In this document: piece by piece, positions 38,922-48,873 of the stretch
Layout: each line of letters opens with the position of its first letter
How positions within the stretch are numbered: the stretch's first letter is position 1
From: an uncultured archaeon
GTDB taxonomy: Archaea; Asgardarchaeota; Lokiarchaeia; Sigyniarchaeales; SOKP01
DNA: 64,000 nt
NCBI GenBank assembly: GCA_964486045.1
Contig: CAZALK010000010.1
Coordinates: 64,001-128,000 of the forward strand
Reading direction: 5' to 3'
Notes under the pieces: generated by a model
Told to the model about the DNA's origin: nothing
Databases searched by the model: none
What the model saw: only the letters and a program-made list of their open reading frames with translations
Translations under genes and position numbers: made by a program

Positions 38922-39977
38922 ATGCCAAAGGATTTAAGAGATATGTTGGATAACATTGAATCCAGTGAACAACAAACTGCTATTCTACAATCAAAGGTGG
39001 ATAAATTATCATCACTAGTAGAACGACAAAAAAGAATTATTAGTGAACAGGAATCTATTGTTGAGGAACAGAAAAGTAAAATCTCAAAAATGAGTGACAT
39101 TCCAGAAGATATTCTAGAATTAAAAGAACTGATTGGAGCACAGAGGCAAAACCTTAATGAGAGAGAACTTGAATTGGAATATACAAAAGGAGAAGTAGCC
39201 CAATCACAGAAAGAACTTGAATTAATAAAAAAGCAGATAATTCCTACTCAACGTAAAATGGAAGAATCCTATGAAACGATTGGAAATTTAAGAGCAGAGT
39301 TGGCTGAAAAAAATTCAGAGTTACTTTTAAAAAATGAAGCAGTTAAAAACTTGAACAACAAAATAGAAGAATTACAGGCATTTACCGATAAATTCAAGGA
39401 AGAACAAGTAAAATTAATAACACAATTAGAAGATAAACGTCGAAAAGAATCACAAGGATTAAAAGCTGAAGTGAGTAAATTAGAATCCACTTTATTAGAA
39501 AGAAAGTTACAATCCACGGAAAGAGATTCTGATGCAAAAGATGCAATTTCTAGGATGGAGAGTATGAAAGACAAATACGAAGAATTAATTAATAAAGTTG
39601 GGGAACTAGGTGATAAAAATAGAGAGGCTAATAACGAAATTGAGCGCTTGGAAAGGAAAAATAATGACGATATTGAACGGCTGACAAAAAAGATTAAAGA
39701 AATTCAAGAATTTCAGAAGGAAAATATTGACAAAGTACATCATTTTGATAAATTAAAGCCATTAATGGAAAAAGAAACACTTTTTAAAGCCTTCCTTATA
39801 GTTGAGGAAGTTGGAGCAATCTCACTTGAGGATCTTCGAAATGCACTTGGATCCCCGATAGTATTAATAAAAAAGATGGTGCAACAATTGGAAGATGTAG
39901 GAATTCTGGATAAGAACGTACAGGGTAAAATTATCATTAAAAAAATTGAAGAAATTGAAGAAGTTGAAGAAATTTAA
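38922..39977 (+). CDS. Long coiled-coil protein with a C-terminal winged-helix domain
   Basis: ~280 aa E/K/Q heptad region, then AFLIVEEVGAISLEDLRNALG...VQQLEDVGIL. Confidence 0.75.
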   Translation: MPKDLRDMLDNIESSEQQTAILQSKVDKLSSLVERQKRIISEQESIVEEQKSKISKMSDIPEDILELKELIGAQRQNLNERELELEYTKGEVAQSQKELELIKKQIIPTQRKMEESYETIGNLRAELAEKNSELLLKNEAVKNLNNKIEELQAFTDKFKEEQVKLITQLEDKRRKESQGLKAEVSKLESTLLERKLQSTERDSDAKDAISRMESMKDKYEELINKVGELGDKNREANNEIERLERKNNDDIERLTKKIKEIQEFQKENIDKVHHFDKLKPLMEKETLFKAFLIVEEVGAISLEDLRNALGSPIVLIKKMVQQLEDVGILDKNVQGKIIIKKIEEIEEVEEI

Positions 39978-40076
39978 TCTATATTCTCTTCCCCTAATTC
40001 TTATACGATAATTCTTTGAATTCCTAAAAACCTCATTAGGACTAAATATAAAAAAAAGGAGTAGAATAAACTATCA

Positions 40077-40454
40077 TTATACTTTAGCTAATTGGTCATA
40101 AAGATTGGGTAAAGTTTCTTTAAAGGTATCATCAGGTATTTTCTCAAGTATTTCAGCAGCAATCGTCTTTAGCACCTCTCGATATTTACCTGGTTTTTCA
40201 TCTCGTCGAAGTATTAGAGCAACAACATAATTCTCAACAGAAATGAAATCTTGTCCTACTCCTGAGAAAAACGACACCACTTTGTTATTCTTCAGTGCGA
40301 TAGAAGCGAATCCCGGTTTCAAGCTCTGATATCTGTGACTTGAGTATACTTGTGTGAGTAAATTATTCGTGATCTTTAATGTTTTTGGGTAAAAACCCTC
40401 GTTTATTGGACCTATTTCATTATCCCAACGGATTACGAGTATTCCAACCGGCAT
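40077..40454 (-). CDS. uDENN/longin-like protein
   Basis: N-terminal GILVIRWDNEIGP...YP, as in DENN/NPRL2-type longin domains. Confidence 0.65.
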   Translation of the reverse strand: MPVGILVIRWDNEIGPINEGFYPKTLKITNNLLTQVYSSHRYQSLKPGFASIALKNNKVVSFFSGVGQDFISVENYVVALILRRDEKPGKYREVLKTIAAEILEKIPDDTFKETLPNLYDQLAKV

Positions 40455-40511
40455 TTAATTCCTCTCCCCCATGTCGTCAATTATTTTTAAGATAAAGATT
40501 CCAGAAGGCAT
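40455..40511 (-). other. 18-codon in-frame upstream ORF resembling the N-terminus of the downstream gene
   Basis: MPSGIFILKIIDDMGERN* abuts (TAA-ATG) MPVGILVIRWDNEIGP. Confidence 0.5.
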
Positions 40512-40774
40512 ATTTTTTCACTAAAAATTTTTTCTACTGTGTGTTTCTAACCTATTTTAAGTAGTAAATTTTGATAAATACTACTTTTGATATTATTTTA
40601 ATATATTATAGTTATATATTTCTTTTTGTTTTTTAATGATACGTTATCTAACCATTAACATCGAAAGGTTAAGTAAAATTTAAATTAAAATTATAACTTT
40701 GAAATATTGTCACCCATAAAAGCTAACCTTAAATCACTGTAGCTTTTAAAATATATTTACTGTTCTTCATAATT

Positions 40775-40972
40775 GGAGGGGTAACCGAGTTTGGTCAATT
40801 TGATCATATCAACTAAGGCCTAGTTTCGCGCCTTGAATGGGTCAAGACTACAGGTGCTGGACTTAAGATCCAGACATGAAATGAATGTATTCGTGGGACA
40901 ATGGCAAAGGCCTCCGAGAGTTCGAACCCTGCTTAATCACTTCGGTGGCAGTAGGAAATCTCTCCCCCTCCA
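40775..40972 (+). tRNA. tRNA-Leu(UAA) with three introns (40799..40851, 40874..40901, ~40926..40957)
   Basis: Acceptor GGAGGGG/CCCCTCC-A, anticodon arm CTGGA-CTTAAGA-TCCAG, variable arm GGC-AAAG-GCC, T stem GAGAG/CTCTC; 85 nt after removal; clear BHB at intron 1. Confidence 0.88.
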
Positions 40973-41153
40973 CACTTATTTCCTCAGTTTCTATAGCCTT
41001 TCGCATCCTAATCCCAAGAAAAACCTTTAAACTTAATTTTTACCTTTCAACTTATCATTGTTTTAATCCCATAAGTAAAAACAAGCAAAATTATAAATAA
41101 ATATAGAACAATTCAATATATATAAGAAATCTTAATGAAAGGTAAGGAGTCCT

Positions 41154-41849
41154 ATTTCAGAATATTTATCTTTAGCGTTATCACTTGAATATATTATTGT
41201 AACACATAGAGAGTCGCAAGAAATCATTTATTATAAGACAGCAGGTAACTTTGATCCTGATTTACTTGATATTTTCCGAAGTTCAATTCAATATGGAATT
41301 TTAAACTTACCACCTGAACAAGGTGAAATTGAACAAGCTACTTTAGAGGGTAAATTTCTAATTACTCGTGCCGGTAGGATGATCTGGATTACTTTAATTA
41401 AAAATAACATCCCTACGCTTTTTGCAAGAGAAGTTTTAAAAATTTTTTGTGAGATATTTGAAGATTCATATAACCGTGAGATTATTGACTTGTATTCACA
41501 TTTTAAAGGTGATATTTCCATTTTTCGAAAGGAATCGAAATCCCGGCAAAGCATTGAGGGTTTAATTGAAGATGTTTTTCATTTATACTTGAATTTGCCA
41601 TTTAAAATAGGCTCCTCAAAAGGTAAAAAATTATCCCCAAAATCAAAAAAGATAATTCAGTTTGCAAAAGACCTTATTCATAAAACTAAAGATTACATTT
41701 ATTTGGAAAAATTATTTAACGAAGTGAGTAGGTCTCTTACATTCAATAATGAAGATCCTGCCGATTTAATTTTTGATTTAGTTAATACTAAAATTCTCTT
41801 GCCAGTCTCTTTAGAAAATGGAAAAAAGAAATTGATTGTTCATTTCTAA
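41154..41849 (+). CDS. Longin plus winged-helix-like protein; start lies upstream of track ORF 41379, probably ATT
   Basis: Frame open from 41139 (ISEYLSLALSLEYIIVTHRESQEIIYYK...FDPDLL...FKGDISIF); AAGGAG just before ATT 41154. Confidence 0.6.
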   Translation: MSEYLSLALSLEYIIVTHRESQEIIYYKTAGNFDPDLLDIFRSSIQYGILNLPPEQGEIEQATLEGKFLITRAGRMIWITLIKNNIPTLFAREVLKIFCEIFEDSYNREIIDLYSHFKGDISIFRKESKSRQSIEGLIEDVFHLYLNLPFKIGSSKGKKLSPKSKKIIQFAKDLIHKTKDYIYLEKLFNEVSRSLTFNNEDPADLIFDLVNTKILLPVSLENGKKKLIVHF

Positions 41850-41923
41850 GTGAAAACTTTTTTGATCAAAAAGTTGAAAAAAATGTAATATTGATGTTGA
41901 ATGGAAGGTATTCATTTTTTTTG

Positions 41924-42553
41924 TTAATCTGTATCTTCTAATTTATTGATCAAGGAAGCCCCACAATTAGGGCAATATTCTATTTCTCTGCCAATTTCAG
42001 ATCCACATTTATAACACATTATTTCGAGCTCAAGAACAATAGGAATGATTTCCATAACATTTTTTAAGGTTTCTGTTAAAGCCTTTCGAATTTCTTCGAC
42101 TTTCTCTTTCTTTTTTTCCTGTGGAAAAGAGTGCACGTAAATTGAAGAAAGCTCTACTAAAAAATTCTCAATAAATTTGAGTTGATCAAGATAATTCTTA
42201 TTTACCTTATGTTTTAATAATTCTTCTCCCGCTTCAGTTAAAGAGTAGACTTTTCTCAATGGACCTATTGGACTTTTAACCTTTTGGGCTTTTAAAAATC
42301 CATCTTTGTCCAGTTTTGATAATATCGGATAAACAGTGCCAGATTGGGCCTTCCAAGTTCCAGCAAAATGCCTATTAAGGTTTTTAATCAAATCATAACC
42401 TGAGAGTTGCTTGCTATTAAAAATGTTTTCAATTATTATAAATTCAAGGGGTGTAAGCCTACTTTTTTTTAGATTAATAAATACTTCCTCTCGAATCTTA
42501 GACTTCAAGCTTTTTAAATCTTCCTCAAAATCTAAGAACTTACCAAGCCACAT
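41924..42553 (-). CDS. PadR-family transcriptional regulator with a C-terminal zinc ribbon
   Basis: SGYDLIK...GTVYPILSKL...RKVYSLTEAG; CYKC...CPNC. Confidence 0.9.
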   Translation of the reverse strand: MWLGKFLDFEEDLKSLKSKIREEVFINLKKSRLTPLEFIIIENIFNSKQLSGYDLIKNLNRHFAGTWKAQSGTVYPILSKLDKDGFLKAQKVKSPIGPLRKVYSLTEAGEELLKHKVNKNYLDQLKFIENFLVELSSIYVHSFPQEKKKEKVEEIRKALTETLKNVMEIIPIVLELEIMCYKCGSEIGREIEYCPNCGASLINKLEDTD

Positions 42554-42566
42554 TTTAATACTATCC

Positions 42567-43079
42567 TTAGATATTTTTTTTTTGTCTTTTCCGCATTTTT
42601 TCTAGTTCTTTTTCAATAGCTCTCTCTTTTCCTGATTGACGTTTTCCACTTATCTCAACCCTTCTGCTAAAATAGAGAATGTAAATAATAAAGTGTAAAA
42701 TAACTGCCGTTCCCCAAAAAATACTAGGAAAAATCACCCAATAAAACTCTGAAAATGTTACAACATTCACGATAAACAAAAATAGCATGACAAAAATATA
42801 TGTTACTAAATGGTAAATTACTCCTCGTTTAGCCATTGGATAAATTCCTCTTGCGTATAAAATATATGCTAATACATGCATATTAACTCCGATTAACCAT
42901 GAGAAACAAGGAAAAATGAACCAGTAAAGTTCTGGTGTATAGAAAAAATTCACTAGAAAAAGCAATATGTTGACGATTATGAATAATACTACATGCATTT
43001 TCACAGAAAACCTAAAACTCACTTTTTGCGCAGCTATTTCTCTTAAATTTTCTTCTGAAAACCCGGAATTTAAACTCAT
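42567..43079 (-). CDS. Tandem 2TM-domain membrane protein
   Basis: Two repeats of H-x4-I...N...YWxIFP...W...H. Confidence 0.75.
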   Translation of the reverse strand: MSLNSGFSEENLREIAAQKVSFRFSVKMHVVLFIIVNILLFLVNFFYTPELYWFIFPCFSWLIGVNMHVLAYILYARGIYPMAKRGVIYHLVTYIFVMLFLFIVNVVTFSEFYWVIFPSIFWGTAVILHFIIYILYFSRRVEISGKRQSGKERAIEKELEKMRKRQKKNI

Positions 43080-43296
43080 AAGTGTCGCTCGGAAGATCTA
43101 TTTTCAGATTTTAAAATCTAATTTTTACTAGTATTTAAAAACATGCATCCTATTAAAAACGCTTGATATTCTCAAATTCATAGAGATAATACTAATTATA
43201 TTCTTATCAATAGAATCAATCAAGAGTATGCTTGATTGGAAAAACTATAAATATAAATTTTAACATTTTTACACAAATCTTCAGCTTGGTAACTTT

Positions 43297-43944
43297 ATGT
43301 CGTCATTATCGGATTATCTTGACAAACTAGAAGAATGGGATCATAGGGCATTCCTAAATATTTACAAAAGTGACTTCAGCAAGAGAACAAAAAAATTTGC
43401 GATAGCCTTTAGTTTTCTAGGTTCTTTATATTTTTGGGGCTTGATTTGGTTAATTTGGTTTATTTACGGGTATGTAACAAAAGATTATTACCTTCTAGTC
43501 ATTTTTACAAGTGGGTTTGAGCAGTCAATTATTATTCACAGCATCATTAAATATAAAATAATCAGAAGAAATCGACCTTACATAAAATTAAAGAAGAATG
43601 GTGTTAAGAAACATGACGATTTTATCAGAATTCCATATATTATGAGCGAATCAGATAAAAAGTCATTTCCTAGTGGGCATGTTGCTTTCTTTCTTCTTTT
43701 TGGTCTCATTTTTGCTTTTTATTTTCAGAGTTCATTAATGTTAATTATCTTCGTCATATTAGATATTGTAATTGCACTTTCACGACTGGTTTTAGGAGTA
43801 CATTTTCCTATAGACGTTATTTTTGGTTTTGTGTTTGGTCTTCTTTACGGTTTATTATATCTTGGGGTCACCTATATCTACTGGTTAAAGTTTTATTACT
43901 GGCTCGGTCCAATTTTCTCGAGTATATTCCACTTTTGGTTATAA
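43297..43944 (+). CDS. PAP2-family phosphatase
   Basis: K...RNRP, SFPSGH, SRLVLGVHFPID. Confidence 0.92.
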   Translation: MSSLSDYLDKLEEWDHRAFLNIYKSDFSKRTKKFAIAFSFLGSLYFWGLIWLIWFIYGYVTKDYYLLVIFTSGFEQSIIIHSIIKYKIIRRNRPYIKLKKNGVKKHDDFIRIPYIMSESDKKSFPSGHVAFFLLFGLIFAFYFQSSLMLIIFVILDIVIALSRLVLGVHFPIDVIFGFVFGLLYGLLYLGVTYIYWLKFYYWLGPIFSSIFHFWL

Positions 43945-44051
43945 AAAGAATAATGGGATTGACCAATTCTAAAGTAGAGTTAGCCTTTGCGTTTTTGCCA
44001 TAGATTAATTAAAAAAATATTTAAAAATGAGACTAGATTTACTTTTCCATT

Positions 44052-45503
44052 ATGAGTGTTGAAACAAGTTCAGAAATAGAAGAAAAAACAGGATTTTTCA
44101 TTCTTATAAAAAGGCTTTGGCAACATTTCTTAGTTTATAATACACTTGCTTTTACAATTTCTACTTTATTTATCAATATCGTTATTGTTTCTGGAATTAT
44201 GTGGCCTGGAGATACATTTGCAGATCATGCAAATGAATTAGGTATTTTGACAGGAACCTCGATGTATATTGTAGCGTTATCGGGGATCCTCTTTGGTGTT
44301 TTAGCGGATAAATTTTCAAGAATAAAGTTGATGTCAATAGTTGAATTGATTTTTGGAATGGGTTTATTCCTCAATGGGTTGGTACCAGAGGGTCAAGGTG
44401 GAACAACATTTTATTTATTCCTTACGTTTAGTTTGGTAAGAGGATTTTCAATCGGAGGTATCTGGCCTCTTATTTCTTCTCATGTTAACGATTCTACAGA
44501 AGATAAAGAACGATCTCAATTTTTTGGCGCGATGCAAGCAATGTTTCAATTGTTTCAAATTATAGGAATGTTAATCTCAGCATTAGCATTTCAAAATAAT
44601 TATTGGAGACAATTTTATTTTATCGCAGGAATAGTCGCAATGTTCTTTAGTGTAATAATATTCATTAAGGGGAGAGAACCAAAACGTGGTGCTACACGCG
44701 ATGAATTAAAAGATGTTCTTTCAAGTGAAGAGATTGTTTATGAATATCGGTTGACCAAAGAAACAATAAAATCCACGATAATAGCACCCACAAACTTAAT
44801 TGCTTTTTTCGAAGGCATATTCACTTCGATCATATTATCTGTTCCTGACTTCCTGTTAATTGCTTATTTGCAATCTCCTCCTTACTACATATCCCCACTT
44901 GTAACGGCTTTCTTTATGATTATTTTTGGGTTGCCTGGAGGTGTAATTGGTTCTTTAGCTTTTGCTAAACTATCTGATCGGTTAGGTAAAAAAAATATCA
45001 AAAATAGAATATATATGATTGTAATTTCAATAATAATATTATCGTTTGTTTATCTCCTTATTTTTAATATACCTATTCCAGTCATGTCTATTTCAGAAGG
45101 AAGTAACTTTTTATTTGTTATGTCTATCCCCACTATGTTGGTAATGGGTTTATTGGCACTTATAGCACGTTCAACTGTGGGACTTTGGAATATAAATCAA
45201 CCGCCTCTCCTGCAAAAAATAAATCTACCTGAAGCTCAGGGTAAAATTACTTCCGCAAATCAATTCTTAGAGTCAATTGGAAGCGGTACAGGGCCAATAA
45301 TTGCAGGAATTTTATTAATAACCTTTCAAAATTTCCAACTTACAATACTTATAACTACGATATTGGGCATGATTGGTGGTTTATTTTGGTTAACATCTTC
45401 AATTTGGATAAATAAAGATATAAATCGTATTTCCACCATTTTAAAGGAGCGAGAAATCGAATTAAGTCGCAAATCAAACTCAAATAACATTGATAACAGA
45501 TAA
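44052..45503 (+). CDS. MFS transporter
   Basis: GVLADKFSR motif A; 12 TM helices. Confidence 0.9.
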   Translation: MSVETSSEIEEKTGFFILIKRLWQHFLVYNTLAFTISTLFINIVIVSGIMWPGDTFADHANELGILTGTSMYIVALSGILFGVLADKFSRIKLMSIVELIFGMGLFLNGLVPEGQGGTTFYLFLTFSLVRGFSIGGIWPLISSHVNDSTEDKERSQFFGAMQAMFQLFQIIGMLISALAFQNNYWRQFYFIAGIVAMFFSVIIFIKGREPKRGATRDELKDVLSSEEIVYEYRLTKETIKSTIIAPTNLIAFFEGIFTSIILSVPDFLLIAYLQSPPYYISPLVTAFFMIIFGLPGGVIGSLAFAKLSDRLGKKNIKNRIYMIVISIIILSFVYLLIFNIPIPVMSISEGSNFLFVMSIPTMLVMGLLALIARSTVGLWNINQPPLLQKINLPEAQGKITSANQFLESIGSGTGPIIAGILLITFQNFQLTILITTILGMIGGLFWLTSSIWINKDINRISTILKEREIELSRKSNSNNIDNR

Positions 45504-45558
45504 TTCAAACATACCAAAAAACTTTTTTTCCATATTCCTTTATCATTATTGTTAACAT

Positions 45559-46857
45559 ATGCAATTACGCTTGAAAAAAAGAAAAAAGGAATCGATACCA
45601 CTCAGTCATAAATATACCTCAGATTTCGATTCAGTCATTTTGATTGTTATCTGGAATTCACTCGGATTTTTTTTTGTAGACTTTATTATCACATATATTA
45701 TTAGTCAAGTCTTAGGTGCTTCTGGCGTTGCTATTGGGCTTTTCCCTGCATTTTTAATGTTTGGTATGTTAATCAGTTCATCATTTGCAGGTTTTTTAGC
45801 AGATCGTTTCCCAAAACAAAAATTAATTATGATTGGTTCATTTGGGCGCGGATTATCATATTTTGGACTTTATTTTTCAATTATTACCAAATCCTTAACG
45901 GGAATGTATATCAGTGCGTTTGCCCTTGGAGCAGGAGCGATGTTATTTTGGATTCCATTAGATACACTTATTTCAGAGAAGTCCTCGAAATATCATCGTT
46001 CTTCCGCTTTTGGGCGCAGGAGATTTGCTTTAGGAATTGGACAAGTGATTGGTGCAATAGTAGGTTTCACCATTTTTGCATTGACAAATTATTTCATACC
46101 GGATAATATTTTTCTAGTTTTTTGTGCTATTCCATTATTTGGAGTTGCTAATTTTTACGCTGGAATACGGTTCTACAGAAAAGTTAATGAAGATAATAAG
46201 TTTCAAGATGGTGAAGATCAAAGATCTACGATTGATAATCCCGGTTTATCAGGTAAATCAGAACAAAAATATGTATTAGGAATAACCTTATTGTTCTTCG
46301 CAATGATTTTAGGTGCAATTAATGCTGGAATTTATAGACCCTTTATATTACCAATCATCTTTCAAAATATAAGTAGTAATGTAAATTTGATCTCTTGGTT
46401 TTTTCTCCCTTCTACCATTATCGGAACATTAATTGCACCAAAATTAGGGAATCTTGGAGATAAACTTAATCCTTATCTTACTGTCTCAATAACAAGTTTA
46501 ATTGGAGGAATTTTAACATTACTTATCATTTTTTCTAAGGATATATGGACTTTTTCTTTGTTATTGGTATTCGATAACACAATCATACTTGCATCTGGAT
46601 TTGTATTTATTAATTTTCTCAGCCGCATTTCCATTAAGGACAGGGGTAAAATCTTCGGTTTAATTAGCACTTTCGAGTCAATTGGATTTATAATAGGCCC
46701 CATCCTCGGTGGTTTAGTTTGGGATGCTTTTAGCTCCAGTGCCCCTTTTATTATTTCAATTATTGTTGAATGGTCCTTAATTCCCTTTTTCGCATTTGGG
46801 ATATGGATTCTCAACCCAAAAATAGTAGAAGTATTAGAAGACCAAATTATAAAGTGA
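45559..46857 (+). CDS. MFS transporter
   Basis: GFLADRFPK, DRGKIFG...GPILGG. Confidence 0.9.
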   Translation: MQLRLKKRKKESIPLSHKYTSDFDSVILIVIWNSLGFFFVDFIITYIISQVLGASGVAIGLFPAFLMFGMLISSSFAGFLADRFPKQKLIMIGSFGRGLSYFGLYFSIITKSLTGMYISAFALGAGAMLFWIPLDTLISEKSSKYHRSSAFGRRRFALGIGQVIGAIVGFTIFALTNYFIPDNIFLVFCAIPLFGVANFYAGIRFYRKVNEDNKFQDGEDQRSTIDNPGLSGKSEQKYVLGITLLFFAMILGAINAGIYRPFILPIIFQNISSNVNLISWFFLPSTIIGTLIAPKLGNLGDKLNPYLTVSITSLIGGILTLLIIFSKDIWTFSLLLVFDNTIILASGFVFINFLSRISIKDRGKIFGLISTFESIGFIIGPILGGLVWDAFSSSAPFIISIIVEWSLIPFFAFGIWILNPKIVEVLEDQIIK

Positions 46858-46888
46858 AAAATAAGTAGATAAAAATCCTTTTAATTTA

Positions 46889-47425
46889 CTAATACCAATC
46901 AACAAATTCTTCGACCATGTGTCGTTCTCTTTGCTTATTAACAGCCTTTACTCTAGCTTCATCAATATGACCTATTGCGATAACACCCATTAATTCGTAT
47001 TTCTCTAGAGAATATTTAAAAATCTCGTTAACCTCATCCTTTTTATTTAGAATTTCACCAATCCATGTAGCCCCAATGTCTTCATGAGCATGAACGGCCA
47101 GGAGGATATTTTGCATAAAGGCTCCAATCGCTTGAATATCTTTTGTTCTATCATAACCTTTCTCTAAATCCAAAAAAACAACTAAGCTTGCATAAGCTTC
47201 TTCAATAATCCCTCCATATTTAGTAAGTTCTGAAACCATTCTTTTAACGGTGGGATGAATAACAACGCAAACATGCCATGGTTGTGAATTTCTCCCAGAA
47301 GGAGCCCATCTACCGCAATCTAACCAGTCCATAATTGTTTTTTTATCAATTTTTTGGTAAACAAAGCTTCTAATGCTTTTTCTTTCTTTGATAAATTCAA
47401 CAATATCATTTTTAATTAGATCCAT
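46889..47425 (-). CDS. Nitroreductase family protein
   Basis: RKSIRSF, WAPSGRNSQPW, QNILLA, GATWIG. Confidence 0.92.
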   Translation of the reverse strand: MDLIKNDIVEFIKERKSIRSFVYQKIDKKTIMDWLDCGRWAPSGRNSQPWHVCVVIHPTVKRMVSELTKYGGIIEEAYASLVVFLDLEKGYDRTKDIQAIGAFMQNILLAVHAHEDIGATWIGEILNKKDEVNEIFKYSLEKYELMGVIAIGHIDEARVKAVNKQRERHMVEEFVDWY

Positions 47426-47573
47426 ATTTGTAAATTGGTAAATCTTACATTAAATATTTTTCCCTCTCGGATAATATGTAGATGTTATCACCATATTTCT
47501 TCTATTTTTGTTTTAGATACCTTATTATCTAAATTAGTAAGCAAATTTTATGTTATTTTCTTGGGGAAACAAG

Positions 47574-47918
47574 ATGGGAAAACTTTGGAGAAAAAAAAAT
47601 GATAATGACCTATTGAGCTCCCCACAAGAGGCAATGGGATTCTCAAAAGAATATTCTTCGCTGCTACATAACTTTATCATAAAGAAGTACGACTTCTCAA
47701 ACCTCAACCAAATAGAGGATATTAAAAAGCAATTATTAGGTCGCAGAATACTACTGATTAACGTAAAAGAAATTTTGGAGAATGGAGAAGTGTCAGAACT
47801 AAAAAGTTGCATAGAAGAATTGAAAATTTTTTTAAGAGAGAATGGAGGATCTATAGGGCGTCTTGGTGATCAATATCTCATATTAACACCAAATTCTCAT
47901 ATAAAAATAGCAAACTAA
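47574..47918 (+). CDS. sepF: Archaeal SepF-family cell division protein
   Basis: IKKQLLGRRILLIN...IEELK...GGSIGRLGDQYLILTP; ATG 47574 preferred over 47550. Confidence 0.75.
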   Translation: MGKLWRKKNDNDLLSSPQEAMGFSKEYSSLLHNFIIKKYDFSNLNQIEDIKKQLLGRRILLINVKEILENGEVSELKSCIEELKIFLRENGGSIGRLGDQYLILTPNSHIKIAN

Positions 47919-47935
47919 TGAACCTTACGAAATAA

Positions 47936-48436
47936 TCACCTTTCATTAGACTTATGCTTGATGATCAAATCCCGAAATACCTTGAGATTCTTCTTCCTTT
48001 GGTCAATATAACCCTCAGTCCACCCTCTCGTCTCATCGTACTCCCATGTAGTAGAGTAAAGAATCGCATCGTACACCTCAAAGGGCATTCTTGTTTTGGT
48101 ATAAAGTATTAATAAGCCAAGAATCTGATACCCGATATATATATCATCCATATCCGCAACCCAACTACCCTTAAGGGGTGGTTTTGGTCTCAAAATGGGG
48201 TTCTCGACAATCTCTTTAAATTTATGAATATAATTTAGAATCTCATCCAAGAAATATTCCAGTACCTTACTGGTGATTACCTTTCCAAGAGAAGAGTAAG
48301 AAGTTTCGAAATCAAGCCCACAGAGCTCAAGGAAAAACCTCTCCCATTGATGTTCATGATCTAGCTCCCTAATATCAAAAGGATTTAAACCTCTGCTTAT
48401 TAATTCATCCATTACCTCCAACATATTATTCTCCAT
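47936..48436 (-). CDS. Hypothetical protein (islet 2 cargo)
   Basis: 166 aa ORF with ATG start. Confidence 0.65.
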   Translation of the reverse strand: MENNMLEVMDELISRGLNPFDIRELDHEHQWERFFLELCGLDFETSYSSLGKVITSKVLEYFLDEILNYIHKFKEIVENPILRPKPPLKGSWVADMDDIYIGYQILGLLILYTKTRMPFEVYDAILYSTTWEYDETRGWTEGYIDQRKKNLKVFRDLIIKHKSNER

Positions 48437-48504
48437 TTAAAAAAAGAAGAGTATATTTTTTTATAAAAAATATAGAAATATTAATATTTAAAATTAGAGC
48501 GTTC

Positions 48505-48873
48505 TTATTTATATTTCCCTAAATAGTATCCTGATAAACTAGAATATGATATGATTATGTCATCAAAGGATAATGACTCGTAATTCCGGTCATTAGTTGC
48601 GCGAAGAAGCGTTTCGTAAAACAATTTTAGCTGAACATTAGATTCAAACTGAACTTGGAAGGTATTCTCCATAATATCTCTTGGATCTTTACCCCACCTA
48701 AGTAATTCTACCGTCATATCCACTCTTAATAGAGCCTTCAAGGTAGAAAAGAGATAAATATGGTTTTCTCCTAGTATATAAGTTGCGAGTTGATGTATGA
48801 ACAATTTTGAGTTGAGAGAATTCTCTGAGACTCCTGCACGTGATGACACCAAATTCTCATATAAAAATAGCAA
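48505..48873 (-). CDS. Hypothetical protein or fragment (islet 2 cargo); start uncertain
   Basis: The called TTG start falls inside the antisense of the repeat, so the gene is probably 5'-truncated or starts further in. Confidence 0.4.
   Translation of the reverse strand: MLFLYENLVSSRAGVSENSLNSKLFIHQLATYILGENHIYLFSTLKALLRVDMTVELLRWGKDPRDIMENTFQVQFESNVQLKLFYETLLRATNDRNYESLSFDDIIISYSSLSGYYLGKYK

Noticed and set aside
38922-39977. Coiled-coil protein as the missing chemoreceptor
   Set aside because: It lacks the MCP hairpin-tip signature (LNAAIEAARAGE-x-GRGFAVVA) and is 23 kb from the che cluster.
40833-41100. Track ORFs 40833..41030 and 40885..41100
   Set aside because: They overlap the intron-containing tRNA-Leu and have no protein-like features.
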